A DNA stretch of 64,000 nucleotides from Chiloscyllium plagiosum. Its lineage: Eukaryota. The stretch is from positions 22,945,258-23,009,257 of the forward strand of contig NC_057730.1 of the NCBI RefSeq assembly GCF_004010195.1, given 5' to 3'. This document shows, piece after piece, positions 62,712-64,000 of this stretch (position 1 is the first letter of the stretch; each line of letters opens with the position of its first letter). Both the position numbers and the translations under genes were made by a program. The notes beneath the pieces were generated by a model. It was not told the origin of the DNA. It worked only from the letters and a program-made list of their open reading frames with translations, and did not search any database.

Positions 62712-63194
62712 TTATCAGTGTGTATGACTGTTTCAGATATGCCTGCCAACCATGCAGGAGTGTTGTACCCTGGCTTGAAACTTGGTAATATTTAGGTATC
62801 ACTGAATCTTCTGGAGGACTTTTTGCAGCAGTTTCCTGGACCAACAAACAAACCTCTTGTGGACCAGGTGGTCATCAAAGATGTTCAATGTATTGTTGCA
62901 AGATAGAAATTCTTGCCATTTTTTCAAGATAGAATACACGTGGGTCTGCACATGCATGTATTCCTCATCGTCCTTCTCAATCTATGTCTATCTATTTGCA
63001 GCTTTCTGACGGTTGTAAGCCAATGTTTGATTAGGGAACTACAAGCTTCAACTACTTTTGCCTAACTTAAGTCACTAGACTCTAAGTGTTAAACTTTCTC
63101 CCCATAGTTGCTGCCAGACCTGCTGAGTTTCACCCAGATTTGTTTTTTGCCTAATTTCATGCTCCCTTGTCTGGGTCATCACCTTTATTGAGAA

Positions 63195-63475
63195 ATCAGA
63201 ATATTTGGCCCAACAAACCAGACCCATTCCCCTACCCTAATACTTAACGTTTTTCCCTGACTAATGCACCCAACCTACACGTCTCTGAACATTATGGGCA
63301 GTTTAGCATGGCCAATTCACCTAATCTGCACATCTTTTGGATTGTGGGGGAGAATCAGATTACCCAGAGTAAACCCATGCAGACATGGGGAGAATGTGCA
63401 AACGCAACACAGGCAGTCTCCCGAGGCTGGAATTGAACCCTGGCACTGAGGCAACAGTGCTAACCACTGTGCTGC
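63195..63475 (-). mobile_element. HE1-like SINE, diverged
   Basis: Reverse-complement similarity including the B-box (GGAATTGAACC on +). Confidence 0.72.
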
Positions 63476-64000
63476 TCAGAATAACTTATCAACCACAGTT
63501 TGATTGTCCATATTCAGTGACTGGATCATGTTGCATTAGCCTCAATCTGATTTGTTGAATTCTAGGTGCATTTTACTGACCAGTTTTTTTTTTTTTGTAT
63601 TTGATAATGCTGCAAATAACTTATGATTGGTTTTAATCATAAGTATTCTCTTGGATTGTAAGGCTTTTGAGCACTCTGATTCTTTGGTCGTACTTTTTTT
63701 GTCTAGTTGTAAATCAAGATATCTGTATGACAAATAATGCCTTTCTTCCACAAATGTTGAACATTGTCCTCTGGAATATTTACAGTGTGAATGTAATCCC
63801 AAAGGGTATCTAGTTAAAACATGAATGAATGTCCAAATGGTGTAATGAGATTTGTTAACAAATCGTAGCTTTTCTAATGGTGCTGTAGCTCCAAGATGCT
63901 ACCAGATGGGATTTTTGTTTGGGTCTCCCATCTTCTGTGACCTTGTTTGGTTTGAGTGCCAGTAATTCTGGAAACAAGCACCCCTTGCAGAGCATTGTCT

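Noticed and set aside
1-64000. CRISPR arrays, rRNA, tRNA, snoRNA genes, and an NME4 gene next to DECR2
   Set aside because: None seen by eye. The repeats are dispersed retroelements. A covariance-model scan would be needed to exclude small RNAs formally.

Overview
This is a vertebrate genomic window. The repeat repertoire (HE1-like SINEs, CR1/HER1-like LINEs, Penelope-like elements) and the protein divergence suggest a cartilaginous fish, probably a shark (inference). It holds three genes, whose exons I reconstructed by hand from splice sites and translation. (1) The 5' end of IFT140 on the minus strand: a putative non-coding exon 1 and coding exons 3610-3762 and 79-303. (2) A complete 8-coding-exon DECR2 on the plus strand (6432-16354, 295 aa, C-terminal PTS1 -ARL), head-to-head with IFT140 across a compact promoter with two ZNF143 sites and an RFX X-box. 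(3) The first two coding exons of RAB11FIP3 (24137-24331 and 61447-61540), separated by a 37.1 kb intron. The rest is mostly retroelements: many CR1 LINEs, one ~4.9 kb decayed L1, tRNA-derived SINEs, a probable solo LTR and at least three Penelope-like families. Main observations: (a) all three Penelope families carry minimal type I hammerhead ribozyme cores with a loop-less palindromic stem III, and one family shows stem I covariation; (b) one family repeatedly inserts as short fold-back units with 13-17 bp target-site duplications, including a clean twin-priming inversion and a copy that captured 32 nt of flanking DNA; (c) an orphan promoter at ~22.4 kb is followed by a candidate 5-codon alternative first exon (MAQFQ) that is in phase with RAB11FIP3 exon 2; (d) the strong-Kozak RAB11FIP3 ATG is cut off by an in-frame TGA; (e) DECR2 has Tyr at a normally conserved SDR Asp. 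No database searches were run; identifications rest on recalled protein and repeat motifs.
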